A program made the position numbers and the translations under genes. Positions 38,955 through 49,776 of a stretch of 64,000 bases of DNA are shown piece by piece. The first letter of the stretch is position 1; each line of letters opens with the position of its first letter. Under the pieces are notes generated by a model. It did not search any database. It worked only from the letters and a program-made list of their open reading frames with translations, and was not told the origin of the DNA. Source of the stretch: Lama guanicoe (Eukaryota); the NCBI GenBank assembly GCA_013239625.1, contig MU053934.1, forward strand, positions 7,148,399-7,212,398. The letters run 5' to 3'.

Positions 38955-39250
38955 TCACTCAACAAATACTGACGGAGTGCCTGCTTCGTGGTCAGGCACT
39001 GTTCTAGGCACCAGGGGTACAGTGAAGACAGCCTGGCCTTCCAGAGCTTACTGTGTAGCTGCAGGAGGCAACCACAAGAAACAATGCACAGAGTAAGTTA
39101 GGAGGTGATTACATGCCCAAGAGGAGAATAAAGCAGGGAAGAGAGGCAGGTGCACTGGGGTGGTCGTACGTAGACTGGCTGGAGAAAGCCACCCAGATGG
39201 CACGGAGCTGGGGGTGAGGGAGGTGTGGCTGAGGGAGGAGAACGACAGGC
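38955..39250 (-). mobile_element. L2 LINE 3' fragment
   Basis: ttcactcaacaaatactgacggagtgcctgc...caggcactgttctaggcacc. Confidence 0.65.
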
Positions 39251-40007
39251 AGCTGAGACCTAACACGAGGGGCGGTGGTGTTGGGAGGCAGGGCTATAGG
39301 CCACCTTGTCGGTATCTTTTAATTACTATTTACATATATATACCCATACACACACACATATATACAGATGCACATATATATGTAATTTAATAGAAGCTTC
39401 ATGCTTAAGCCAAAGGCACAGCTTTCATTCTAAAGAAAGGTGAGTTTGTAACTGAGGCCTCATGAGGGGGAGAGTGTCCTTACAAATGGGGCCAGGGACA
39501 AGAGGGAAGACGAGAGATGTGGCAAAAGCCAAGACAGAGAAAAGAAGGGAAGCCTGCTGTTACAACCCAGAGATGGAGGCCTGTCCTGGGTGATTCTGAG
39601 AAGGAGGAAGGCAGTGCAGCTCCTGAGAAAAGCTGTGGAGGGGGCGGGGGTGGAAGGAAGCAGCATGTCTGCCCCTGAGAAGGGGGCGGGCCAGGCTGCT
39701 GGCAGGGGTCCCGCGTGTGCTGAGGGCTGGGGTGTAGGTATGACAGCCTCCGGCTAGCCAAGGCTGGGTGAGACGCAACTGTTTCTGTTGCTGCTTTCAT
39801 AAAAATGAGTATCAGTATCACTGCAAATTTGAGAGAAAAATCCATACAAGAGAAAGAATAATTTAAAATTACCTCCTTTACTAGTCCGAAGGGACTTCTA
39901 ATAGACAGTTCCCGAGGGTTGGGGGAATCATTGTTAGTGGTTAAAAGTTTGGGTTTCCAATCTAGGACATTAATGACCAGTCCCCAGTGCTACCAACAGC
40001 TCTTCTA

Positions 40008-40175
40008 AAACTGTGCTACTCAAAATGTAGTCCTTAGACCAGTGGGAGAAGCATTACTTGCGAGATAATAAGACTGAGCATTCATGGGCCCCATTGCTGA
40101 CCTACTGAATCAGGATTTCTAGAGGTGGGGCTGGGAACCTGGGTTTTAACAAGCTGCTCAAATTTAAGAAGCATA
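40008..40175. mobile_element. MER5-like DNA transposon relic
   Basis: ctgtgctactcaaaatgtagtcc...gacctactgaatcagga...ttttaacaagct. Confidence 0.65.
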
Positions 40176-40527
40176 ATCTATAATATAGATTTCTGTAATA
40201 GTTTAATATAATTTCTATAATCGTTTAATCTTAGATAACCTTTGGCAACTGTAGATTTAATATTCTTAATAGACCAGAAGGTTCGTGACATGGAGTTATC
40301 AAAAAAAAGAGAGAGCTTGGGTTTTGAGCTCTAAGCCCTGTGTGTGGTTCTAATCCTGTTTCCAGGACTGTAAAATGGGTTGATGAAGATCATGTAAAGA
40401 AGGCGTATAAAGCACTGAGCGTCTTGAATCTGGGTAACATTGGCCACCACAGGCTTCGGGCCTGAGGGGTGGCCCTTTCTCCAGCAGCTGCGGCATCCTG
40501 TGCCTAAAGCAGAGGAAAGAATTCCCA

Positions 40528-40753
40528 TTCTTGGCCCAGGGTTTCTGTGCCTTCCGAAAGCCATCTTCGGCCTCCTTGGTCTCCTTGAAGCCTCCCATCA
40601 TCTGCTTGTGAAAGGCCTCCTTCTGCCAGTTCTTGATCTTCTCGAAGTCCTCATTCATCAGCAAGGCCTTCACCTCCAGGTGCAGCTCACTCACCTTCTC
40701 CGCCTCGGACATGACGGCCACCCAGGCCTTCTCCACCGTCCCGTACTGAGGCC
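40528..40753 (-). CDS. PACSIN2: PACSIN2 exon 4 (F-BAR with wedge loop); 3' end and donor missing in this sequence
   Basis: gccag|[83 protein letters not shown]. Homology stops at 40528; the expected KLKE|gt ending at 40518 is absent. Confidence 0.93.
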
Positions 40754-42595
40754 CTGGCACAGGAGAGAAGCCGGTGGGTTACAGGGCACTGCGGCCCGGA
40801 CGGGCCTGGGGGAGTGGGGGACCTCCTCTGCTAACCTCCCTGAGCTGTTAGGATGGGGTTTAGGCCGGCAGTCTGGCTGCCTGGCTGGGAAGTTTCCTTT
40901 GGTTGTTTTCTCTTGGTGCTGTTCCTTTTTTAGTTCCTGGGATGAAGAAAAGAATAAGGAACCGAAGCTGGATCTGCTCTGCCGTTCTTTTGTTAGAGAA
41001 TTTGAGGGACTGCCCACATTTCCTTTTTGTAAAGTCACTGAGCTCTTTAAAAACTCAAATTTCTTCATCCTGGAAGTTTTGATTTGCTTAAGGCTGGCTA
41101 GAGAAGACGAGGTCTTCTAGAAGAAGTGAGCAGACCTCTGCCAGGCTGCTCTGAGCCCACCCTCTCGGGCTCCTGCTGGCCCCTGGCCCTCCTCCTCTGG
41201 GTCACAAGTACACGCAGAGCCCAGCTCACAGCAGGACCCCAGAACTGCTTGTTGAATGAAAGACTGTCTCCTCAGCAAATGGAAGCCCTGTCCTGGGGAG
41301 GAAGGATAGGAAGGGACAGGAATCTGCTCTGGCCCAGATGGGACTCTCTACACAGTGGTGAGGGGGTGCCTGAGTCACCTCACTCACTGTTCTCAGGAAG
41401 AAAGCCCATAATCGGGCCTGTCATTTTGCTGAGGGTGTGACATGGCTTGGCATGAGGTGACAAAGGAGAGACAGGCTACACAGAAGCTGAGGAAGGAAAC
41501 GGGAAGACCCAGGGCTGCCCTCAAGGGACAATGATAGAGAGGCATGGGGTGGGGGTGTGAATAAACATGGAAGGTTAGCCCCTCTGAACCTCTAACCCCT
41601 CATGTCTACAAAATGAGCAGCTCCCTGTACTGCCTAGGTCTTGTGGCAGAATCCACAAAGTGAGGATGAACCTCATGTTCTGAATAAACAGAATGGACAG
41701 CACTGACAGCTGGATCCTGAGAGGGGATTCAGGCAGGTGGAAACAAGTAACACCAGCTACCGTTTACTGAAGGAGCTGGGCCCTTGCCAGCCACTCCTTG
41801 CCCATGCAAGGCCACCCCACTCCCTGGCACCTGCTCTGTACCACGGCTCTGTGCTGAGCCCCACAGAAAACCCGTTTCAGCATCAGGGAAAAGACCAGCA
41901 GCTGGTCCAGACCCAACTGAAGCTGCCTGGGGGCCCTACCCTGCACGACCCCTTGTCCTGGCCTGGCTTCCCCAGTCGTCTCCTCTGAGGACAACCAGTC
42001 ATGGTAGAAAAGCCGGTCCCCAAACACACCCTGAGAAACCCCCATCAACCCGCTTCTGTCCCAGGAAATCCCGTAATCAATCAAGGTCCCCTCTGCTGCT
42101 GGGAAGTGCATTCTGAGCACAGTCTGCATCCACAGCAGCACTGTCACTGAGCTCTTGAATCTTTTGAGTGTTTTGCTGGGGAGGAAGGGGAGGCAACACC
42201 TGCATCATACGACACCTGCAGTAATTCCTGATAAAATTCAAAATTAGAAAGCCTGCCGATGTCACTTGTTACATCTGACTTGTTACATGTCTTATCTAAT
42301 TTGTTACATGGCGAAGCTTACAAATAAACAGTCAGTGTCAGAAACCACTGCACTGAGCAGCAAGGCCTCTGACTGGATAGGAGCCTTCTCAAGTCTGGGC
42401 CCTGAAGGCTCTGTTCTCCGTTAACTCACTGTTCCCAGATGGGAGTCCTGCATCCCTAGGAAGGGGGAGGAAGCTCCCGCCCACTGTCTGTGCTGCTGGG
42501 TGACAAATTACAGCCCCCCAGAACTGCGAGATAAACTCCCACCCCAATCTTCCGAGAGAGGAAGCCAGCCCAGAGGGGGTCGATGATTGGACCTA

Positions 42596-42793
<198 letters not shown>

Positions 42794-43309
42794 CTAGAAA
42801 CAGAGCCACACTGTGAGGCCCCCACACCAACCCCGCTCCTGGGGCTCACGCCCCTCCCATTTGAAAGGCACCCTGCATTGTTACTGACAAGCTCCCACTT
42901 TGATTACTGGCAGGAACGTACAACACAGTGATTCGGAGCTTCTCAATTCCACGTGGCCAGCATCCATGCTCTGCCCCGTGGGTCAGGGAGGGGAAAGGCC
43001 TGTGAGGAAGGGCTCTGACAGAGGAAGCGAGGGGCTGAGGGCGCCCAGAAGGGCCTCTCACGCAGACTGAGGGGCCAGGGACAGCTTCCCAGAGTAGGTA
43101 ATGTATAACTAGAGAGACGGAAAACAACAAAAACAAAAATAATTTTTTTAGTAACTCAGATTAAATAAAACAATCTTCTAATAAATAATTATAGACTTGG
43201 CTAAAAGCCTTTTGATCATCACTGGAATAAGCAGGTTCTCAGGTGCCCACTGCTTTGACGTCGTCACATCCTGGATTATTGTTACTTCCCAGTTATAGTA
43301 ATAAATGCT

Positions 43310-43510
43310 GTTTCCCACATACTGAGCACTTGCCACGTGCCAAGCACCACAGTGGGTTTTTCACACCTCTACATATTGCCACTGCCCTAATGAGTAGGAA
43401 TAATTGTCCCCATTTTAAGATGAGGAAACCAAGGCTTAAGGAAGTTACAGTTTTTGCTGAGATCCCACAGTCACAGTCATAGAGGCTGGGATGCAGCTGA
43501 AAGCAATTTT
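43310..43510 (-). mobile_element. MIR SINE
   Basis: tactgagcacttgccacgtgccaagcac...ccccattttaagatgaggaaaccaaggcttaag. Confidence 0.75.
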
Positions 43511-45219
43511 TCAAATGGTTCCAGGTAGGAGTCATGATGGAAAGCTCAAATTCTTATTTGCTTTGACAAGGGCCAAGGTGAGATTTGACCATTTTTTCTC
43601 ACATATGAAAGGAGAGACTAGCTTATCTAAATTATAAATAATAAAAGGGTAATTGAAAAAATATTAGTGGCTAACTTGGAGTGAAAATCAGCGTACAATG
43701 TTTCGTTCTTTGAGCTGCTAACTAGAAAGGACACCACATAGCTGAAAGTGGAACAGCCAGAGGAAATACGACAGAAAAAAACGATCTACTGTATTTTCAA
43801 CTCTTTCCTCCTCCTGTCTTCAAAAACTGTAGTCACCCTTCTGTCGCGTTACCATTTCTGTAGGTCTCTACCTGGCTGATCACTCTCACATTTTCTGTTT
43901 AGAGTCAATCTGGAAGCTCCTAGAGAACGGAGGACTACTGTCCCCCTCTACAGAAAACGGTGCCGTTCTCGCTCTGCGGTGCAGCCTGGCTAATTCTGAC
44001 CTATGAACAGTTCAGGGAGTTCAGACTACCACGGGGGTTCCTCCCCTCCTGAGCTGAGGTAGGCACAGGGAGAAGAGGCTATAGTGGGCTGGAAGGGAGA
44101 CAGTGCAAAGGGACAGAACACATGGAGAGGAGCATTGGGAGAGAAAGGGACTCTACTCTCTCCAGGAAGAGCTGTCCCGGAGGCCAGAGCTCTGGACAGG
44201 CTGAGATGACCCCACCCCCGTGGGAACAGCGAGGACTCTGGGAGGTCAGGTAGCGTGGGTGGCCTTCTCCGAGGTCCGTATGACTTCCAGCAGGCTTGCT
44301 GAAGTGTATAAACAGCTCTCCGGCCCCATGATCAATCATGGTTCCCCTTCACAGACCCTTCCCGCCCAGGTTGGCCTGGCTGTTTCCCCAGCGAGGAGAG
44401 CAAGTCAACAGCTCACCAAAACACAGCAGCTGAACTGAGCTTTCAACCCCATCCTCCAGTGGCCCCTTTTTAAGGAAGGAGAAAGCAAGCATTTCACAAC
44501 CAGTTAGAAGTGACATCACATGCTCACTTCCTTTAAACTAAGGCCTTGCCGTCATTTTGAAGTTACAGCAGAATGAAAAACGCACCCAGCACAACACGAC
44601 AGTATTGCTGAGCCGGCGGCAAGAAGAGCTAAGAGAAGCACAGCCCGGCTCAGACCTGACGGTTGATGTGAAACCACGGTGTAGGTCTGGTTTTCATCTC
44701 ACTGTTACCAGCGTATTCAGACTGGTAATCAATATCAGAATACGTTGGCTCCCCAGAAACCCGCCTAGCTCTCTGAATTTCGAAACCCTTGAAAAAGATT
44801 TCAGGAAAAGGAAAGGATATTTCTTAACAAGGTACATGTTGGTACAAAGCATCAGCACATACTGCAGTTCTCATTCACATTTAAATGAGAACTCTTAAAA
44901 AGCAGCAAAGAATACGAAGGATGTTTCTGGAAGCACATGTTTTAGGTTTAAATGCTGGTACTGCTGGAGCCAAGGGGGAAAGGGAGTGCTCATGACAACA
45001 GGCACAGAGATGCTCCAGCAACATCCACCCTGCTGTCATTTGCTCAAAGAAAAGCTACATATGGGCTGTGACAGATCATCATTTAGTCCACACACAGTGA
45101 CATTCATCAGGTGTCACTCCTTCCATCTCCATAAACCACCCAGTGGAGGAGCATGTGGCTTTCCCACTCCCTGAATAAGGCGCCGGCAATCATCCTAAGA
45201 GCAGAGCCACTGACGGCCA

Positions 45220-46005
45220 TTTTTCTAAATTGAGATATAATCTATATAAAATAAAAATCACCCTTTCCAGGTATACACATAGATGAATTCAGACAAATGT
45301 ATACTGTGTATAACCATCACCATATCAAGGTACAGAATATATCTACCTCCCCATAGGGTTCCCTTGTGTCTTCTTGCAGTCAATCTGCTCTCCACACCGC
45401 CCCTGGCAACCACTAATCTGATTTTTGCCCCTTTTCTAAGATGTCCAGGATAAGTGGAATCACACAGTACGTAGCCTGGCTTTTGTGACTGGCTCTGGCA
45501 CTTACCATAATGCTTTCAAGCCTGGTCCATGTTGTTGCCTTATCAGAAGTTCATTCCATTTCATTGCTAAGTAGGATTCTATTGTATGGATATACCATCA
45601 TTTGTTTACCCTTTCATCCTGGGACATTTGGGTTATTTTTGGTTTGGGGCAGTTATAAATAAAGAAGCTATAAACATCACCTATCGGTCTTTGTGTGGAC
45701 ATACGTTCTCATTTCTCTTGGATAAATACCTAGGAGTGGAATTGCTATATGGTAAGTGTATGTCTAACTTCATAAGAAAAAAATGGCTGTACCATTTTGC
45801 ATTCTCATCAGAAATGTATGAGTTTTAAAACTGGTTTGCATTCTCACTACCACTTGGTATTGTCACGGTTTTTTTTCAATTATTTTAGCCATTCTATTTA
45901 GTATATAGCAATATCTCATTGTCATTTTATTTTGCATTTTCCTAGTATCTAATGATACTGAGCAACTTTTCTTGTTCCTATTTGCCATTCATGTGCCTTC
46001 TTTTT
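45220..46005 (-). mobile_element. Old L1 (L1MB/ME-like) 3' region
   Basis: aaattgagatataatctatata...gtataaccatcacca...ggataaatacctaggagtggaattgct...ttgcattttcctagtatctaatgatactgagca. Confidence 0.8.
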
Positions 46006-46781
46006 TAAAACTGAGGGATAGTGACTGGTTTTCAAAATGCAAGAAAAATTAATTTCAAATATATGATAAATTGATCGTACATTAAAGTCAGGACATACAG
46101 TTAGCTATTTCTGATTTATCAGTTCTGTAATCAAAAAGCTTCTCTCTTGCTTTTCAAAATACTAGCTTGATTTGAGATGACTAAATGACAGATAACCTTG
46201 TGTAGGAATTTAAAATAAACAAGCTTTCTTCCAATCTTTATGTTCAATTGATTTGTTCATAAAATGCCCATTTAAAAAAACTAGGTCTGAAGCCATCTAT
46301 GTTCCTAACTTCCTTTAAATTCAGGCTCCCTTCCTCAGATATCAAGATGCTAAAGACATGCTCAACATGCAAGTGCCCGGGTGCAGGGGGGACACCCCTC
46401 CCTCCCCTCAGGGAACCACCTGGCTGAGGGAGGAGTGAGGGATGGAGGCAACATCCAAAATCAGTTTCCAAGGACAAGCAGGAAGCTGGACAGATTAAAG
46501 GTGAGGTGAGGGAAATGATTCCAGGCAGAGACAGTGTTAGCAAAACGAAGGTGTGACAGTGTGGAGGCTCTATGAGAAGTCCGTTAGAAAGAGAACATGA
46601 AACACAGAACGCAGAGGGACAACTAGAAAATTAGCTGGGGGCTGGGTGCAGAGGGTGGAGTGGGAGGTGGGGTCAGACGGTGAAAAGTCTAGAGGGTTGG
46701 GCATTCGTCCTGAAGAGAAGGTGTGAGCAGCTCCTGACAGCAGTGAGGACAAGAGCAGGAAAGCAGGAATAAGGACCCGCT

Positions 46782-46800
46782 TGCCCTCCAGGGGGCAGAC
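46782..46800 (+). promoter_or_regulatory. Candidate CTCF site
   Basis: tgCCCTCCAGGGGGCAGac is close to the CCASYAGRKGGCR core; several CpGs retained next to it. Confidence 0.4.
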
Positions 46801-48239
46801 GGCGGCGGGGACAGAAGTAGCAGGATCCCAGCTCCAGGCACCTCGGGGGGTGCTTCTTACAGGCTGGGCCTGTCAGGTGGAAAGAGCAGAACCATCTCCT
46901 TTCCAGACTCTTCCAGAAGCCTCTCTCTGCCTCCCTCCACCCAACCACCAAGCTCTGCCTTGGGCTCACCAGAAGCCCATCTGGTCCTACTGTCCTCCCA
47001 GGAATCTGAGTTCCTCAGCCCCTTGCCCCTTTCTACCCACAGTGCCCTCCGCCTGAGCTCAGAGGCCCCAGCTGCCTGCCATCCTCCTGGCCGCTGTATG
47101 CTTGGCTCTCCTCATTCCTCTGGCGCCCCTCTGCCCCAGGCCCCAAGAATCCAGCGTCTGACAAGCCTTGGTTTTTACAGCCAGCTACGATGAGTCTGGG
47201 GCTAGAGCTGCAGTGATCCCTTGGCAGAAACATCTACGTAATTGGGAATCAGAGCAGAGACAGTGGGTTCTGCCTAAAAACCAGCGGGTTTATAATTACA
47301 GGGTGGTGGGAAGGACTGTTCAAACAGGTTGCACCAGTTCCTCGTTCATCCTCTGCGTGTAAACAGTCTGGAGCTGCCTTTCACAAGGACGCTGGAGAAT
47401 GTCTGCTTCTCTGACTTTACAGCCTACTTGCCTTGGCCAGCTCCTTTCTGTGGAACATGGTGGCCAAAGGCAACAGGAAAGCTGGAGGACTTGGCTGTAG
47501 GTCAGTGGGACCCCTGGGATCCCAGGTGGATGAGAGGAAACGTGAATGCAGACGTGCAGCTCTGCTGAGCCTCCCTCCTGTCGGCCCCAGGGCCAGCTCA
47601 GTTACCGCAGGCAGGCAGGTCAGCGGGACCTATAGAGCGCCACATCTCAGTCACCTCCTACACACCTTCCATTTCATTCCTTTACCCTCCTCTTTGGTCG
47701 GTGACCATCAGGCTCATCTCACAGACAGATCACCTGATTACAACCAAAGTCCCAGGGTGAAACCAGTGGGTTTCAAGTGAGAATGGAACTGGGCAGGAAT
47801 GCCCTTTCAAAGCCCATGGTGCCTCAGCCCTGAGGCACGAATCTCTTCCTGCGTGTGGCTCATCTCAACACTGCAAAGAATCCCAGTGGACTCTGGATGT
47901 CGCCAGGGACCCTGGTGAGGTTCTGGCTGTCTCACTGATGACTCAATGCACAACAGAGTGAGGGAGCGACAGCCCTCACGCAGAGGGTGCTCCTAGGCCC
48001 GTGCCCCAGACCGGCCTGCCCTCCCCTCGCCAGCCCGCCTGCCCAAGCTCCCGGACAGCCTCACTCCCTGCCGTCCCAGGCCTGTGCAGACTGGAGCCCG
48101 CAGCACAAAGGACATCAACCCTACACACCTTCCGAATGTGCCCTAAGACAGTATTAACCTTTGTCTTTCTTATCCACAGCTTTCTCGACTGCCTTCCACT
48201 CACTGGGTGGGTCTTGACAGGCACTCGGTAAAAATGTGA

Positions 48240-48720
48240 AAGGTTAAAAAAAAAAGTGAAAGGTAAAACCATAAAGTGACTAGAAGAAAATGTAAGCAAA
48301 TATCTTTGTGACTTAGGGCAGGGCAGGACCCCTTAAACAAAATTTCAAACGTAAAAGCTGTAAGATACATATACACACATTTGTGCATGTGTATAAATAT
48401 TATTTTTAACAATTAATACTAGCTTTAGTATTATTAGGAAAATAATAAAAAGATGCAAACCAAGGAATGTCATCATTGGGAAGGTATTATTTTACAACAC
48501 AGGATGACAGGTCAGAGCATCTCTGGCTCTTCTGTTTAGGCCCTCAATGCTCGTAGCATGAAGTTCTCTTCAATTTTTAAAAAGATTTTTTACATTAAAA
48601 ATTAAGGATTTCTGTTCAGAAACCAGCAACACAAAGTTAACAGACTGCAAATATTGTCTCCTAATCTGCTATGTCTAAACTGACAAGGGACTAAGCTCTG
48701 GAATATCTCAGAAAGTCCTG
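48240..48720 (+). mobile_element. Old L1 ORF2-region fragment, interrupted
   Basis: gtgaaaggtaaaaccataaagtgactagaagaaaatgtaagcaaatatctttgtgacttagggcaggg ... tacattaaaattaaggatttctgttca. Confidence 0.6.
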
Positions 48721-49730
48721 TACACCAACATGAAAGAGAGGGCCCCTGGGAAGACGGGCAAAGGTATGAAGCAGTAACTTCAGAGAGAAGCAAAAGTCCC
48801 AGGGGCTGAGGGCTGAGCAAGGTGCTCACACTGGTGGGACCTGAAGGAACGCCCACGAGAGCAGCGGGGCAGCTCTTCACTGCCGCAGACTGGCGCACCC
48901 CAGGGAATGGGAAACACCAAGTGTGGGTGAAGCTGAGCACATAGGACCCCTTACTGAATACACTGGTGGAAAAACAGCCTGGGGCAGGCCTGCATCACGC
49001 GGGAGTAATGAAGTCATTAAGCATACACAGGCCCGAGGGGACCCAGCCATGGTGCTGCTTTTTATCCCCACAGAAATGTTGGCGTGGGACACAGGGCATG
49101 TCGGGGACTTCTCTTTGGGAATGTGGGGGTGAATGTGGGGGGCACCCCAGTGTGGCTGCAAGAAGGAAGTGCAGGACCGTGTAGGCACTGCAATGGGAAC
49201 AGACTCACAAAGTATGTGGAGAGGAGAAAAAGAAACAGAAAGACAGGGCACGTGATGCCTTGATGTGAATTAAAAAGAGCCGCGCATAAAGCAAGGATAC
49301 AAAGTTTACAGGAACACATGCTCACTGAAGCCTTAGCTTTAGAAATAGGGAGAGGATTAGGTGCCAAAGGCAAAGAAAGAACTGGAGAAGGAGGCAGTGC
49401 TGACCAAGTCCCGTCCTACCTGCCCCAGTTGCAGCTCTCTGCTAAGGTTCAGCTGGTCTTCCCCACGGAGGCTTCCCTGACGCCTGCCGTCCCTGCCAGG
49501 CCACCAAGAGGGAGTGCCTGGGTCGCCTGCACTAGCAGACAGGCGACACCAATTCCCCACCACTGGGTCCTGCTGGCTGGTCCACCTGGGGGCCACGAGG
49601 GCCCTTCCAAACACCGCCCCCATGCCCTGCAGTCGCAGCTTGTCCCACATGGGTCTCAGTCTGGCATGTGAGCCTCCCCGCCCCAGCTGGCCTACAGGCC
49701 TCCTGGTAACAGGCCCCAGACAGATTTTCT

Positions 49731-49774
<44 letters not shown>
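49731..49774. repeat. Pure (CAG)14 / (CTG)14 trinucleotide repeat in PACSIN2 intron 2
   Basis: 14 uninterrupted CAG units plus CA, abutting a MIR-like segment. Confidence 0.95.

Positions 49775-49776
<2 letters not shown>

Noticed and set aside
39867..39884. TAAAGGAG|gtaatt on the minus strand resembles a displaced ...KE| end of exon 4, suggesting an insertion rather than a deletion
   Set aside because: Joining it to AAG AA does not rebuild KLKE. The intervening DNA contains ancient MIR and MER5 relics typical of a native intron. Using this donor would include the TAG at 40350.
40440..41120. 226-aa plus-strand ORF
   Set aside because: Largely the antisense shadow of PACSIN2 exon 4 plus intron; non-ATG start and no recognisable domain.
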